Source: Anaerolineales bacterium (GTDB lineage Bacteria > Chloroflexota > Anaerolineae > Anaerolineales > E44-bin32). Taken from it: a stretch of DNA of 64,000 bases. Below, piece after piece: positions 62,610 to 64,000 of the stretch. Below the pieces are notes generated by a model that worked only from the letters and a program-made list of their open reading frames with translations, was not told the DNA's origin and searched no databases. The stretch covers positions 3,357 through 67,356 of the forward strand of contig JAZGCZ010000033.1 in NCBI GenBank assembly GCA_036477195.1, given 5' to 3'. The position numbers and the translations under genes are program-made. Position 1 is the first letter of the stretch, and every line of letters begins with the position of its first letter.

Positions 62610-64000
62610 CTATTCATACTCGATTTTGGAGATCGCTATCCTGAGCTCCTGTTCCTGAAAATTGAACTTGGCATTCTCGGCTCCTGCTGGCTCCTCGACT
62701 TGCCTCATCGAGAGACTGAGCGTCTCGGTTGCTATATGCGCGTGGTGTTCTTCAATTGCATTCATCAATTCGCTTGTCCCGATATATTCAACGGCAATGC
62801 GGTCGTCGACTGAGAATTCAGCTTGCTTTCGCAGCTCCTGCACTCGCCTGATGACTTCGTTGGCCAAACCCTCCTGGAGCAGGTCTTGATCAATCTCGGT
62901 CACCAGGGCCGCCACATATGCCCCCTCGGCAGCAGCCGTAAAGCCCTCCCGCGGTGAGATTTGAATTTCTACTTCAGAGGGTAAGACCTCGATCGCTTGT
63001 CCATCGATCTCCAGCTCGATGGACTCTCCGCTCAGGAGTTTTTGCGCGGCCGGATCCGCATCCAGCTGAAGCAAGGCCCCTCGAACAGCAGGAAACATAG
63101 CGCCATGCTTCTGCCCGAGCTGCTTTGGAAGGGGCTTGAGCTGGTACTCTGCCGCCTCTCGCACCGCGTCAAGAAGGCGAACTTCCTTGACGTTCAGTTC
63201 GTCCCGAATGAGGTCCGCGAACCGAGCAACTATTGTGCGTTCTGAAGCCTTTGCAACAGCAAAGGCCGCCTCGTGCAGTGGTTGGCGAAGCTTAATCTGC
63301 GCTTGATTGCGTGCGGCGTGCCCCAGCGAAACCAGCCGCTTCACGAGTGCCATCTCTACAGTAATTTTGGGATCGATGGTTGAGGGATCGATCGTGGGCC
63401 AGTCGTTGTGGTGGACGCTCGCCAGCTGCTTGGTCGAGACTAGATTTTGATAAATGCTTTCTGTTACAAACGGCACGAATGGCGCCAGTATCTTAATTAG
63501 CTCGATCAGCACCCCGTAAAGCGTCTGGTAGGCGGCCTCTTTGTCTGCATCAGTGCTATCACTGGCCCCTGCCTTCGCCCAAAACCTGCGTCGACTCCGG
63601 CGAAGATACCAGTTGGTAAGGTCATCCAGGAAGACATTGATGGACCCGGTAGCGACGTTGGGCTCGAAATTTTCCAGGGCTTCCGTTACCTGTTCGGTCG
63701 TCTCATTCAGCCTTGCTTGAATCCACTGATCGAGTTGGCTGAAGGCTGGCTTTCGGTTCGATTCCGGCCGCCAATCGTCTATTCGAGCGTACGTGACCAA
63801 AAAGCTGTAGACGTTCCAAAGGGGAAGCAGAAATTGACGCCGTATTTCATCGGCAAGGTGATAGCCGAACATCAAATCCTTCTCGGGGTGGTGGTCACAG
63901 TACAGCCACCGCATCACGTCGACGCCCATCTTGTCCGCAGCCTCGTTGAACTCGATCGAATTGCCCCACGACTTGTGCATGGCGCGACCATCTTCGGCCA
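62610..64000 (-). CDS. ileS: Isoleucyl-tRNA synthetase, C-terminal part (the gene continues beyond the window)
   Basis: The frame is open to the window edge. ...EDGRAMHKSWGNSIEF is a KMSKS-type motif, followed by the anticodon-binding and C-terminal domains. lspA follows downstream. Confidence 0.92.
   Translation of the reverse strand, partial: AEDGRAMHKSWGNSIEFNEAADKMGVDVMRWLYCDHHPEKDLMFGYHLADEIRRQFLLPLWNVYSFLVTYARIDDWRPESNRKPAFSQLDQWIQARLNETTEQVTEALENFEPNVATGSINVFLDDLTNWYLRRSRRRFWAKAGASDSTDADKEAAYQTLYGVLIELIKILAPFVPFVTESIYQNLVSTKQLASVHHNDWPTIDPSTIDPKITVEMALVKRLVSLGHAARNQAQIKLRQPLHEAAFAVAKASERTIVARFADLIRDELNVKEVRLLDAVREAAEYQLKPLPKQLGQKHGAMFPAVRGALLQLDADPAAQKLLSGESIELEIDGQAIEVLPSEVEIQISPREGFTAAAEGAYVAALVTEIDQDLLQEGLANEVIRRVQELRKQAEFSVDDRIAVEYIGTSELMNAIEEHHAHIATETLSLSMRQVEEPAGAENAKFNFQEQELRIAISKIEYE

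Overview
This is a gene-dense chromosomal window with about 60 CDS, 2 tRNAs and 1 tmRNA. I found no rRNA, CRISPR array, transposase or integrase. Most genes are housekeeping: smpB plus ssrA, recJ, fmt, selB, hisS plus tRNA-His, a MoxR/DUF58 cluster, a mevalonate-pathway decarboxylase, rseP, radC, eno, a cysteine desulfurase plus mnmA, nnr, a dGTPase-like gene, greA, topA, dprA, tRNA-Asp, ltaE, and the classical rluD-lspA-ileS string (ileS runs off the right edge). A partial response regulator runs off the left edge. The gene content suggests a Chloroflexota-like bacterium, but this is inference only: Hanks kinases with an FHA partner, a membrane-anchored GH3, a Zn-ribbon-TopA fusion, a caspase-FGE-LysM fusion, a mevalonate pathway, and many apparently leaderless genes. 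Main hunt results follow. (1) A DUF3179-family lipoprotein gene (36702..37856, minus) has a single in-frame TGA exactly where the family has the first Cys of its CxxC motif. A perfect hairpin follows 14 nt downstream, and selB lies in the same window, so this is a candidate UxxC selenoprotein. (2) Short tandem duplications of 43-116 bp recur at gene termini: the selB 3' end, the LysM-protein 3' end, the radC 5' end (about 4 copies), the lspA C-terminal tail (in frame), and one intergenic 43-bp array. (3) An FHA plus winged-helix regulator is paired divergently with a Ser/Thr kinase. (4) Three translationally coupled polytopic membrane proteins (one NuoN/MrpD-like), a coiled-coil protein and selB lie on one strand. 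(5) A promoter-leader-terminator arrangement sits directly in front of hisS, with tRNA-His just downstream. (6) A caspase-HEAT-TM-FGE-LysM fusion sits next to a receptor-type kinase. All coordinates were anchored on the supplied ORF track. No database searches were possible, so family assignments rest on motifs I recognise by eye.
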